Part shown: positions 1 through 8,685 of the stretch, piece by piece
How positions within the stretch are numbered: the stretch's first letter is position 1
How the letters are laid out: every line of letters starts with the position of its first letter
Source of the DNA: an uncultured Acidobacteriaceae bacterium
Lineage (GTDB): Bacteria; Acidobacteriota; Terriglobia; Bryobacterales; Bryobacteraceae
DNA length: 64,000 bases
Assembly (NCBI GenBank): GCA_963803455.1
Contig: CAWDMK010000009.1
Span: 358-64,357, forward strand
Direction: 5' to 3'
The notes under the pieces: generated by a model
What the model saw: the letters and a program-made list of their open reading frames with translations, nothing else
What the model was told of the DNA's origin: nothing
Databases searched by the model: none
Program-made: the position numbers and the translations under genes

Positions 1-290
1 ATCTATTGGCCTATTGCCCATTCGTATGCGGTGTGGTCTTCGAGCTGGACGGGACGGCAAAGAGACCGTGCTGTACAGTTTACAGGAACGGATGGGGCAA
101 GCCTTTCAACGGTCTGGTCGCGGATCAGGAGGGCAACCTGTACGGCACCACGGGATACGGCGGCGACTTAGCGAGTACCAAGCCAGCGTGCGATACGGCT
201 GCGGAGTGGTGTTCCAGCTCAAGCTTCACGGGGGACGCGGGGACGACTCCGCTGGGGAGAGCTCAACCGGCGTGACTGCGGCACCGGGCA
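1..290 (+). pseudogene. 3' end of a second Gloeo_Verruco (GloVer) repeat gene, frame broken at least 3 times
   Basis: It is similar to the 3' end of the intact gene at about 2290-2555 (GCGVVF.LD, GKETVLYS, PFNGLVAD.EGNLYGTTG.GGD, GCGVVFQLK.H). The matching peptides are scattered over two frames (ORFs 6..275 and 14..445). The window starts inside the gene. Confidence 0.5.
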
Positions 291-478
291 CAGCTTCGAT
301 TCCATCCGGTCTTGTGCGGATGCTATTCCCCGATGGCACGCCTCGTGGACCGTGGTATCGCATTCCGGGACCGGGGCTGGAGCGCCGAAGTAGCCGTTCC
401 ATAGATCCATCCATCGGCGGGCGATATAGAAGCCTGAAGATCTAGTAAACGGTCCCAGTCGCTTCGATAGCGTGCAAT

Positions 479-504
479 CGGAGCCATGAGCGAGCGATTG
501 GGGC
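479..504 (+). repeat. Copy 1 of a 24-bp REP-like motif CGGAGCCATGAGCGA(A)GCGATTGG, at the 3' flank of the RAYT gene
   Basis: It matches copy 3 (1110-1133) except for one missing A and one substitution. It lies immediately downstream of the RAYT stop. Confidence 0.7.
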
Positions 505-505
505 T

Positions 506-1039
506 TTACGCCATCGATTCGCATATCCACAGTTCCATACGAACTCCTTGCCGGTTCATCACGTAATCCAAGGCGGCCGCCAGCGATGCGCGATTCCACA
601 GATAGCGAGTGCTTCCATGTTTAGTCCAGAACCGCTGGCGATCCGGATGATGTGTCTTCAGCACGAACGTCGCGCGAGCTTTCAGGTACGTCAGAGCCCG
701 GTCCACCGGGACATCGGTTTGCAAAATGGCATGAACGTGATTCGTTCGGATATGGGCGCAGAACAGATGCCAGGCACGATGTGCGCACGTATCAAGAACG
801 GAGTTCAGAACAGCAAGGCGGTCCTGCGGGCCGAGGATAAACTCGGGTTCCGCCATGAGCCGCCGGGCTTGCTGCTGCCAAGCCGCGTTGGAGGGGATGA
901 CGGGAGATCCCCAGTTTCGATGATTGCGGGATACAGAACCTGTATCGGTGCCATGCAGGTGTGTGCCGTAAGTGGTGAAGGTGAGCAAGACACCAATCGC
1001 TTCGCTCATGGCTCCGAAACACAACTGTATCGCTCCCAT
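506..1039 (-). CDS. REP-associated tyrosine transposase (RAYT) / IS200-IS605-type Y1 HUH transposase domain protein
   Basis: N-terminal TFTTYGTHLHG, HUH motif TNHVHAIL and downstream Tyr in LDYVMNRQG. The likely true start is MSEAIG at 1009. Confidence 0.75.
   Translation of the reverse strand: MGAIQLCFGAMSEAIGVLLTFTTYGTHLHGTDTGSVSRNHRNWGSPVIPSNAAWQQQARRLMAEPEFILGPQDRLAVLNSVLDTCAHRAWHLFCAHIRTNHVHAILQTDVPVDRALTYLKARATFVLKTHHPDRQRFWTKHGSTRYLWNRASLAAALDYVMNRQGVRMELWICESMA
993..1016 (-). repeat. Copy 2 (inverted) of the 24-bp motif, covering the RAYT start codon
   Basis: ccaatcgcttcgctcatggctccg is the exact reverse complement of 1110-1133. It contains the ATG of MSEAIG. Confidence 0.8.
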
Positions 1040-1109
1040 CTGCGCGCTGCTTCGAGCCGTATCATCCGGTCGATGCAGCTCGCGGCTCTGAATGACCGCA
1101 ATCTCGATT

Positions 1110-1133
1110 CGGAGCCATGAGCGAAGCGATTGG
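1110..1133 (+). repeat. Copy 3 of the 24-bp motif, upstream of the RAYT gene
   Basis: cggagccatgagcgaagcgattgg forms a 24-bp perfect inverted repeat with 993-1016, separated by a 93-nt spacer. Confidence 0.8.
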
Positions 1134-1247
1134 AGCGACAGCCCACTAGATACGAAAGTTATCGCGCAATGTCCACTTTTGCCGCTGATTCACGCATGAG
1201 TAAGTAGAGCAGGAAATCAGGGCTGCTCGATTGAAAAGGAGAGATCC

Positions 1248-2555
1248 ATGCGTATTGCTGCGATAACACTGCTCGTCACGGCCATTCCGATGACCGTGCC
1301 TGCACAGGAAGGGAACGCGGCGAAACCGGCTTACCGCGTGCTCTATACGTTTACCGGCGGGGCCGATGGGGCGAGCCCCGGTTTGCCCAGTGACGAGGCG
1401 CTGACATTAGACCGGAGGGGCAACCTGTATGGCACCGCTTACGCCGGGGGCGATGCCAGCTGCGTGGCATACCCATACGTCTCTGCTCCCGGCTGCGGAG
1501 TCGTGTTCCAGGTGGACAGGGATGGCAAAGAGGTCACGCTTCACACTTTCACCGGGCCCGACGGGGCTAACCCCGTGACGGGTCTGGTCCGCGGCTGGGA
1601 GGGCAATCTCTACGGCAGTACAGCGTATGGCGGCGCCTATGGCAACGGGGCGGTGTTCAAGGTGGACCGGAATGGCAAGGAAACCGTGCTGTACAGCTTT
1701 ACTGGCGGGGCGGATGGGAACCGACCCCTAGCGGGCTTGATCCACGACGAACAAGGCAACCTGTACGGCACCGCTTCAGAAGGCGGCGCTTCCGACGATG
1801 GAGTTGTGTTCAAAGTGGACCGCTGGGGCAAGGAAACCGTGCTGTACAGTTTCACTGGCGCGGATGGGAACAGTCCTCAAGCGGGTCTGATCCGGGACGA
1901 GCAGGGCAACCTGTATGGCACTACTTCCGCGGGCGGCGCCTCCGGTCACGGAGTGGTGTTCAAGCTGGACCGGGAGGGTAATGAGACCGTGCTGTACAGC
2001 TTCACTGGCGGGGCGGATGGGAACCAACCCCTAGCCGGCTTGATCCACGACGAACAGGGCAATCTGTATGGCACCACGACATACGGCGGCGACATAGCCG
2101 CCTACGGATTGTGCTCCCCCATGTTCGGCGGGGGCTGCGGGGTGGTGTTCAAACTGGACCGGGCCGGTAAGGAAACCGTGCTGTACACGTTCACCGGCGG
2201 AGCGGATGGGGCACGTCCTTATGGACGTTTGCTTCGCCGCGAAGGCAATCTCTACGGCACGACTAACGGGGGCGGTATCTGCGGCAACTATGGCTGCGGC
2301 GTTGTGTTCAAGCTGGACCCGGCCGGCAATGAGACCGTGCTGTACAGCTTCACAGGGTTTGCGGACGGGGCTGGCCCCTTCAACGGCTTGGTCGCGGACG
2401 AGGAGGGCAACCTGTATGGCACCACGGGAGGCGGCGGCGACGTAGCCAGCCCCGATTGCTATGGAAACGGCTGCGGAGTCGTGTTCCAGCTCAAGGTTCA
2501 CGACGACAGAAACGGGGAAGAAGGGAACCAAGCTTTGCCGGCTCAGAGCAACTGA
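1248..2555 (+). CDS. Secreted tandem-repeat protein, Gloeo_Verruco (GloVer) repeat family
   Basis: Signal peptide MRIAAITLLVTAIPMTVPAQE, then about 9 units of G.NLYGT..GG...GVVFK.D..GKETVLYSFTG..DG..P..GL. Confidence 0.85.
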   Translation: MRIAAITLLVTAIPMTVPAQEGNAAKPAYRVLYTFTGGADGASPGLPSDEALTLDRRGNLYGTAYAGGDASCVAYPYVSAPGCGVVFQVDRDGKEVTLHTFTGPDGANPVTGLVRGWEGNLYGSTAYGGAYGNGAVFKVDRNGKETVLYSFTGGADGNRPLAGLIHDEQGNLYGTASEGGASDDGVVFKVDRWGKETVLYSFTGADGNSPQAGLIRDEQGNLYGTTSAGGASGHGVVFKLDREGNETVLYSFTGGADGNQPLAGLIHDEQGNLYGTTTYGGDIAAYGLCSPMFGGGCGVVFKLDRAGKETVLYTFTGGADGARPYGRLLRREGNLYGTTNGGGICGNYGCGVVFKLDPAGNETVLYSFTGFADGAGPFNGLVADEEGNLYGTTGGGGDVASPDCYGNGCGVVFQLKVHDDRNGEEGNQALPAQSN

Positions 2556-2608
2556 AGGGGGACGGCAATTCACAGTGGAACGGAGGAATAGCAAAGGAGA
2601 AAAGCAAT

Positions 2609-2830
2609 ATGAGTAAACAAATTTCGTTGGCGCTCGTGGCGTCAGCGATTCTTGTCGCCGGATTACCCGGCCTAGCAGTTGCTCAGAGCAATGGATCGCA
2701 GACGGCGGCTTTCGAAAACTTGCCACGAGCGATCCCGGGACGCAGGAATGCTCAGGACCCGAGGATGCCGTCCCTGGCCACGAAAGCGCGCGTCGGGCCG
2801 CTAACCAAGAATCGTACAAATCGTAGCTAG
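2609..2830 (+). CDS. Small ORF carrying a signal peptide, possibly the displaced leader of the downstream repeat gene
   Basis: MSKQISLALVASAILVAGLPGLAVAQS follows the RBS aaaggaga. The rest has no recognisable domain. Stops in two frames separate it from 2851. Confidence 0.25.
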   Translation: MSKQISLALVASAILVAGLPGLAVAQSNGSQTAAFENLPRAIPGRRNAQDPRMPSLATKARVGPLTKNRTNRS

Positions 2831-2850
2831 AGTCAGAAGCGAACCAGGGG

Positions 2851-3839
2851 TTGAAGCTGGCATATTTCGCTGAGTTCGACGCCCCGGGGGTCGGCACGGC
2901 AATTAATCAAGGCACCTTTCCTGTCGACATTAATTCGAATGGGGATGTCACGGGCCGTTACACCGACGAAAACAACGTGTCGCATGGTTTCTTCCTCGAT
3001 CGCGATGGCAGTATCACGCCGTTCGATCCTGAGGGCTCCATATTCACCTACCCTGGCGGCATAAATTCGGATGGGGTGGTCACGGGATTCTACTGTGACG
3101 CAAACGTTGTGTGCCATGGATTTTGCGAGATCGCGACGGCAACACGACGTTCTTCGATGCCCCCGGGGCCGGTGCAGTTTCCGGTCAGGGTGAAGGCACC
3201 TTCCCGGACGCCATCAATGCCGAGGGCGCGATCACGGGATACGAATATGACGCAAACTTCGTGATCCACGGCTTCGTACGGGCGGCTGATGGCATCATCA
3301 CGACGGTCGACGTCTTGGGCGCGGGCACAGGCCAATTCCAAGGAACCAACCCTGAAGGTATCAATCCGGAGGGAGAGATCTCGGGATTCTACATTGACCC
3401 AAATAATCAGGGTCACGGCTTCGTGCGGGCGAGTGACGGCGCCATAACAACGTTTGACCCTCCAGGCCCGCTGAGCGTCTACGGCGGATTCGGTGTCGGG
3501 CCTGGCCTAGATATCAACCCGGCCGGGGAGATCCCTGGATCTTACTTTGCGACCATCGCGGGGAACCCATTCGGGGGCAACTATCGCGGCTTCGTGCGGA
3601 ATCGCGATGACAGCTTTGCGACTTTCGATGCGGCGACTTATCCCCCGTGCTGTATTTGGACGTTTGCCGTTGCGATCAACTCCGCCGGAGCGGTCGTAGG
3701 AGAGTACAACGATGAGTTCAACGTGAACCACGGCTTCCTGCGCGCGCGTAACGGCGATATCACCGGCTCTTACAACGATAAGAATTATGTGTATCACGGT
3801 TTCGCGGTTTATCACGCCTCCGTGCGGACAAGGAGGTAA
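2851..3839 (+). CDS. Extracellular repeat protein (HAF-like repeats), frameshifted as assembled
   Basis: It has units IN..G.vTG.Y.D.N.V.HGF.R..DG.ITTFD.PG. ORFs 2851..3264 and 3111..3839 join at CHGF|LRDRDG if one T is added to the T4 run near 3118. The start is TTG and there is no in-frame signal peptide. Confidence 0.6.
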
Positions 3840-3921
3840 CGTCCGCGCGGACCCGGGGAGTACGCTCTGGTAAGAAATGCGCAAAAAAGAGCGATCTACG
3901 GGGCGCGAGTGGAGAATTCCG

Positions 3922-4301
3922 ATGCGGGGCCTATTGAGTACGATCCTTATCGGATTTTTGGTAATGGACCAGATTCCGGCTCAGCAGCCCGTAGCGAATA
4001 CTTCAGTGAAGCAGGACGTCGCCGCGCTCCCTTCGACTTCGCTGGTCGAGGTCGGATGCAAGGCGGGAACAGACTACGCGGGCATATTGTCAGCCGTGGC
4101 GAGTCAGATTTCACAGTGCAACGCGAGAAGCGAGGCGGCGCGCAAACGATTGCGTACGACCAGGTACTCTCGATTTCGCAAGCTAAGGCTGGGCATTCAC
4201 ATAAGAAGTGGATCATCATCGGCATCGTTGTAGGAGCAGTGGTCGTAAGGGTTGTCGTTATCGTTGCCATCGCAAAGACGCAAGGTCCTTTCGCGTTGTA
4301 G
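3922..4301 (+). CDS. Small secreted, C-terminally membrane-anchored hypothetical protein, frameshifted near 4053
   Basis: The leader MRGLLSTILIGFLVMDQIPAQQ in one frame (ORF 3877..4233) continues as RMQGGNRLRGHIVSRGESDFTVQ...KKWIIIGIVVGAVVV in ORF 3909..4301. Confidence 0.45.
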
Positions 4302-4333
4302 GGCCTCGATTGCGCTCAGTACACCGGCAAAGC

Positions 4334-4704
4334 TCAGCTTCCCAGCAGAGAGCCGGGACGCGCAGCAATCTCGGGAAACGCCGAGAGCACTTTGGAATCG
4401 AATGTGGCCAGCGGAAGGCGCCGGCGTATCGCAAGTTCGACGAACAAAGTATCGTAAACAGCGACGCCAGACGCCACCGCGCGCAAGAGGGCTCCTTGCC
4501 AAAGCGCTTTATTCGACACGGAATGCACGCCCAGGCGAGCGGCGAGACGGAGCCGCTGCGGTCCCTCCTCGGCCGGGAGAAAACGGGTCCGAATCGCCAT
4601 CCAAATTACATTGGCCAACTGCGCTTCCCAGATCGCCGGCGCGACTGTCTCGGTGGCTTCGCTCCAAAACTGATGTACTTCTTCGATAAAAGGACGAGTG
4701 TCAC
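4334..4704 (-). pseudogene. PIN-domain (VapC-like) toxin remnant lacking its N-terminal acidic motif
   Basis: C-terminal PIN signature GVAVYDTLFVELAIRRRLPLATFDSKVL and central APAIWEAQLANVIW. The upstream in-frame extension has no start codon. No antitoxin ORF lies upstream; only 18 codons are open. Confidence 0.5.
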
Positions 4705-5128
4705 TTGTGGTACTCGAATACAGAAATCAAATCAAAGACGGTCGGTCGGATTTCAGCCTAGGTGGTGTCTTGCCTTGCATCGGCCTAATCGGGGTCGTCA
4801 TGTACATAGGCTGCGTGTCTTATGACATTTAGGGCCGCAACGACGTGTCGATAAGCTTGGGCTTGAGATTTTAAACCGGAATCAAAATGCAACACGCCGC
4901 GCCAAGTCAGACGAGAATGGCCGCGTCTTTGATTTCGATACGGACCATGCGCCAAGTGCGGAATGTCCCAGCGGATACTACGAAGAACGGCAAACCTTTT
5001 CTGGTGCTAGAGTAATGGATGCCTCGGGCAGCCCCTTCCCACTCTTCGCCTGAGCGTAGCGCGAGAAGGAGGCTGGCTCGCATCAGTTCCAACCAGGCTC
5101 TGCAAGCAAAATTGCTCAAAGGACAACT

Positions 5129-6148
5129 ATGGCCCATTCAAGACGAGAATTTTTGAAGACGGCAGCCGCTACCGGTGCTCTCAGTTCGGCGCCGGTCGCA
5201 GCGGTGGCGAGTGTAACAGCGGACAGAACGATCACGCCGGACCAGATCGTTGACCTCTTTGAACATTTGCCTGACGACAAGGCGTTCAAGATTTTCGCGC
5301 CAGCGGCAGAGGGCAAGGCCGAGTTCTTGGCGCAGTTTAACTCGGACGAGATGCTGTTCGTCGCTAGTGCGATCAAGACCTTTGTACTTTGCGAGGCGTT
5401 GCGACAAGCAGATGCGCGCGATGTCGTCGAAGCGCTGGAAAAACGGGAGCTTGCGCTTGACTCGAGCGTTTGGTCGTTCGGCAGCCCCACTTTTAATCCT
5501 CCAAATCTCAGCGGTGTGGTTTCTGAGCGAACCGCTCTGGAAGCCATGATCACGCGCAGCGACAATACTGCCACCGACATGGCTTTCAAACTGGTAGGGG
5601 CAGAGAACGTGCGTAAGTTCATTGCGTCAGCAGGCCTGAAGCACACGCTCGTCCCGGACAGCACTCGTGCCTTTACCGGGTATTTATTTGGCGCGAAAGA
5701 TTACAAGACACTCACCTGGGAACAAGTTCTGGAGCTAGTCGAGGGGCCGCTCGTGAAACCGTTCCTGAATGATGTCGAGACACTTGCGTCTTCGGCAGAC
5801 GATTTCATCTCCTACTATTCGCGCGCATTGCACGGCAGGTTCTTCAAACACAAACAGACATTGAACGAATTTCGGCGAATCCTCACATTGTGCGATTTCA
5901 TTTACCTCGTGCCACTTCCGTTAGGCGTGAGCGCGTTTGCCAAGAGTGGCAACGCCGACACTCCGGGTTTTCATGCCCGGTCCATTGCCGGGGCCATGTA
6001 CTTTTCCGGTCGCTGGGTATATTTCGCGTTCATTATCAATTGGTATGCCGCAAGCGGAGAGGACCCTCAAACAGTAAACCGGTTCTTTTGCGCAATCCAT
6101 CAGGCTCTGACGCTTATTAAAGATTCGCTATCGATCGACTGTGCGTAG
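5129..6148 (+). CDS. TAT-exported class A beta-lactamase-fold serine hydrolase
   Basis: Twin-arginine leader SRREFLKTAAATGAL, S-x-x-K (SAIK), S-D-N (RSDNTA) and K-S-G (AKSGNA). Confidence 0.75.
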   Translation: MAHSRREFLKTAAATGALSSAPVAAVASVTADRTITPDQIVDLFEHLPDDKAFKIFAPAAEGKAEFLAQFNSDEMLFVASAIKTFVLCEALRQADARDVVEALEKRELALDSSVWSFGSPTFNPPNLSGVVSERTALEAMITRSDNTATDMAFKLVGAENVRKFIASAGLKHTLVPDSTRAFTGYLFGAKDYKTLTWEQVLELVEGPLVKPFLNDVETLASSADDFISYYSRALHGRFFKHKQTLNEFRRILTLCDFIYLVPLPLGVSAFAKSGNADTPGFHARSIAGAMYFSGRWVYFAFIINWYAASGEDPQTVNRFFCAIHQALTLIKDSLSIDCA

Positions 6149-6288
6149 GCGTACTAGGCCTCCCGGCGTATCCCGGTTTTCAACCGTTTGCGTTGCCCCG
6201 CAATCAAACGCTTCCTGAAACATCGTTATGGGCGATCTCATTTAGCAAGGACAACGGCCTTGCAAAGCCAGTTCTGCCCCAGATCTGC

Positions 6289-7710
6289 TTACGGAAAGAG
6301 CTTCAGAATGTCGTCGTAGAGTTGGATGTCCCAAGCGTTGAAGCGCCGGATGAGCTCCGTGGTCGCTACGTCCAACCGCTCTTTGGAAGAATACGATCCT
6401 CGATTCTTCATCTCGGTACGAAGGGTCGGGTCCCATCCCATTTTTGCCTGAAGCATTGAGTAAGCTTCATCGAGGCGCTCCTGTCGCCCCACATATAGAA
6501 AAGCGCTTTCTAGATGACCTTTGGCGAGCTCGTAAATCTCGGCGTTGATCGATCCCGGAGGAAACTTCTTTTCATTGATCCCCGAAAAACAGCGGACCAT
6601 CAGATTGTCAAGATTCGCAGTCACTCTGCCCTCGAGTGTTTCTTGAAGACCTTTGAGTTTCGCACCGCGGAGAATAGGCGCATTCTTGGAATCGACGAGA
6701 TAGTGATAGTGCGACCAAACCCTTTCAACGGGATGCCGCACGACCGTAAAGTACCAATACTCATTGGGCATTTCCTCGTGGATACCGTATTGAAAGTGTC
6801 CGACCACGAATCGGAATTGACTCCGCTGTGATAACGGCAGATCGCGCAAATTCGGTGAGGGGAATCCGGGTGGCTCTGGATAAAGATACGCCACCTCGCT
6901 TTTTCTGTAATTCTTAAGTATGGTTTGCCGCAATGCGGTGCCCGCCGTTTTCGGAATATGCATGAACAACAGCGTGGGCCCGGGCGTTCGCTTACGACAG
7001 GGTATATGGGCCTGCAGCGGAGCGCCTTCCACAGATTTTCCATTTGAGAGCCGCACGTCGACCAGCGCGTCTGTTTCGACGTCCCGGGTTTGACTTACAT
7101 CCAAGAAAAAGCCGTGGCTTCCTGAGCAGCGCAATTGTTCTGCGACGTCCGGGCGATAATACACGGCCAATGCCTCCGCGACCGGGCGTTTGTCGATCGT
7201 AGCCGTTACTCTTGCCGGCCGTGCCGGATTCTCGGGATCAATGGCCCACCCGAAGACTTCACCTTCCCTTACTCCATCAAGGTGGCCATAACCTGCAAGC
7301 GCAAGGTTTGCCGCCGGGAGTACGCGAACCCGTCTCTGCCGAAAAACGGCATAACTTACGAGTGCGATTGCGCCGTATTTCGCTGCCAATATCCACGTCG
7401 CCTGATCGAGATTGATCGCCCAAATCGGCGGCAAAAAAAAGAAGTCACAAGCGAGGGTGGAAAGTATAACGGAGAAGGCTGCGCCAAGAATACCTGCAGA
7501 CCTTGAGGCTGTGATAATTGCGGCGGCAAACAGGCCGAGAGGCACGGAGCCGAAAATCACTTCGCCTAATCCGATGAGCACAAGCGCCGCAAGCACCACG
7601 AGAACTGAAAACAAAGAGCGCGAATACCGGCTCGACCGAACGAGACTTCTATTTGACTCGATAAACGGAGCGAACTCGAACCATTGAAGTTTGGGGAAGC
7701 CCATCTTCAC
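6289..7710 (-). CDS. Membrane-anchored sulfotransferase-family protein
   Basis: An N-terminal block of TM helices (DUF4118-like, FFFLPPIW), a middle soluble domain, and C-terminal LLFMHIPKTAGTAL, which matches the HIPKTGGT sulfotransferase signature. Confidence 0.7.
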   Translation of the reverse strand: MKMGFPKLQWFEFAPFIESNRSLVRSSRYSRSLFSVLVVLAALVLIGLGEVIFGSVPLGLFAAAIITASRSAGILGAAFSVILSTLACDFFFLPPIWAINLDQATWILAAKYGAIALVSYAVFRQRRVRVLPAANLALAGYGHLDGVREGEVFGWAIDPENPARPARVTATIDKRPVAEALAVYYRPDVAEQLRCSGSHGFFLDVSQTRDVETDALVDVRLSNGKSVEGAPLQAHIPCRKRTPGPTLLFMHIPKTAGTALRQTILKNYRKSEVAYLYPEPPGFPSPNLRDLPLSQRSQFRFVVGHFQYGIHEEMPNEYWYFTVVRHPVERVWSHYHYLVDSKNAPILRGAKLKGLQETLEGRVTANLDNLMVRCFSGINEKKFPPGSINAEIYELAKGHLESAFLYVGRQERLDEAYSMLQAKMGWDPTLRTEMKNRGSYSSKERLDVATTELIRRFNAWDIQLYDDILKLFP

Positions 7711-7832
7711 TTATTCCCGTGCAGGTTGCGCCGAGCGGCCTGTGATCGTGCAATTGTAAATGACGTAAAGCCAATCCTTAATTAACCGATTGTATCTTTC
7801 GGGTCGGGACAGTGAGCGAGTTACTCGTTTGC

Positions 7833-7845
7833 TTTGCTAATGTAG
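7833..7845. repeat. 13-bp direct repeat TTTGCTAATGTAG, left copy flanking vapBC
   Basis: An identical 13-mer occurs at 8669-8681. Confidence 0.6.
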
Positions 7846-7946
7846 CGACCATGCATCTGTATTGCGCCGGAAATTCTATTTGATCTCAGCCGAAACATGA
7901 TGCGTCTACGGTGATCCAACTGCGATCACCACCTGTCCGCACATTG

Positions 7947-8342
7947 TTACTCCACTGCCGCCGCTCTGATATCGGTTTTGCTGAAATCTTCCCCCTTAAA
8001 CAAGAGTGGTTCCTGCATAGCTTTTGCTAGCGCATACGCGAAACAATCACCGAAGTTCAATTGCGCGGCGTGGCGGCCCTTCCCGAAATCAACAAACGCT
8101 TGCCGGGCCAAGTACGCTTGCTCGGTCGTAACTGGCTCAATTAGGATTTCCGCACGGCGGATGAACACGTCACACTGACGACCGGCATCAGGACCAATCT
8201 GAGTCTCGAGTACAATCGAGAGTTCGATAAGGGTTGCCGCGCTAATCCGGCATCGATCGGCACCTTGAATCATCTCGATGTAGCGATCCGCTTCAGGTTC
8301 TCCAAAGAAGATTGCCACCAACGCTGACGTGTCGAGAATCAT
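7947..8342 (-). CDS. vapC: Type II toxin VapC (PIN-domain ribonuclease)
   Basis: MILDTSALVA..., ...NFGDCFAYALA... give the PIN acidic residues. The ATG overlaps the vapB stop (ATGA). Confidence 0.9.
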   Translation of the reverse strand: MILDTSALVAIFFGEPEADRYIEMIQGADRCRISAATLIELSIVLETQIGPDAGRQCDVFIRRAEILIEPVTTEQAYLARQAFVDFGKGRHAAQLNFGDCFAYALAKAMQEPLLFKGEDFSKTDIRAAAVE

Positions 8343-8591
8343 CTAGGAAGGCCGCGTTCGTCATACAGAAGTTCTGCATGATCGAGGTACGGGTATTTGA
8401 CTTGTACGGCGACTCGCTTCGCGATAGCGCGGAGCTCATCCACCGGAGCTTTGGCGCGACGGCTCTTCAGGCGCTCAAAGCGCTCGCGCAGGGCTTGAAT
8501 GACTGCAGCGAGTCATGCTCTCTCCAGTTTCCTGAGCGATCGTGCTTGCGAGTCGGTATGCCTCGGGATCTTTTATGTTAAGAGTTTTCAC
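8339..8591 (-). CDS. vapB: Type II antitoxin VapB (FitA/Rv0623-like), frameshifted near 8508
   Basis: The GTG start gives VKTLNIKDPEAYRLASTIAQETGESMT. After a 1-nt shift it continues AAVIQALRERFERLKSRRAKAPVDELRAIAKRV...ERGLPR, ending at the TGA that overlaps vapC. Confidence 0.7.
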
Positions 8592-8668
8592 TCCGGCTTC
8601 TACCTTTCTAGCTTGCTTTCTACCATTCTACCTACAGCGGCGAGTGCACGACCGGCTCCCGCGTATAG

Positions 8669-8681
8669 TTTGCTAATGTAG
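8669..8681. repeat. 13-bp direct repeat TTTGCTAATGTAG, right copy, 5 nt upstream of the malQ start
   Basis: Identical to 7833-7845. Confidence 0.6.
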
Positions 8682-8685
8682 TCGC

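Noticed and set aside
2031-2897. 288-aa ORF antisense to the GloVer repeat gene
   Set aside because: The periodic repeat on the sense strand keeps the antisense frame open. It has no start context or motifs.
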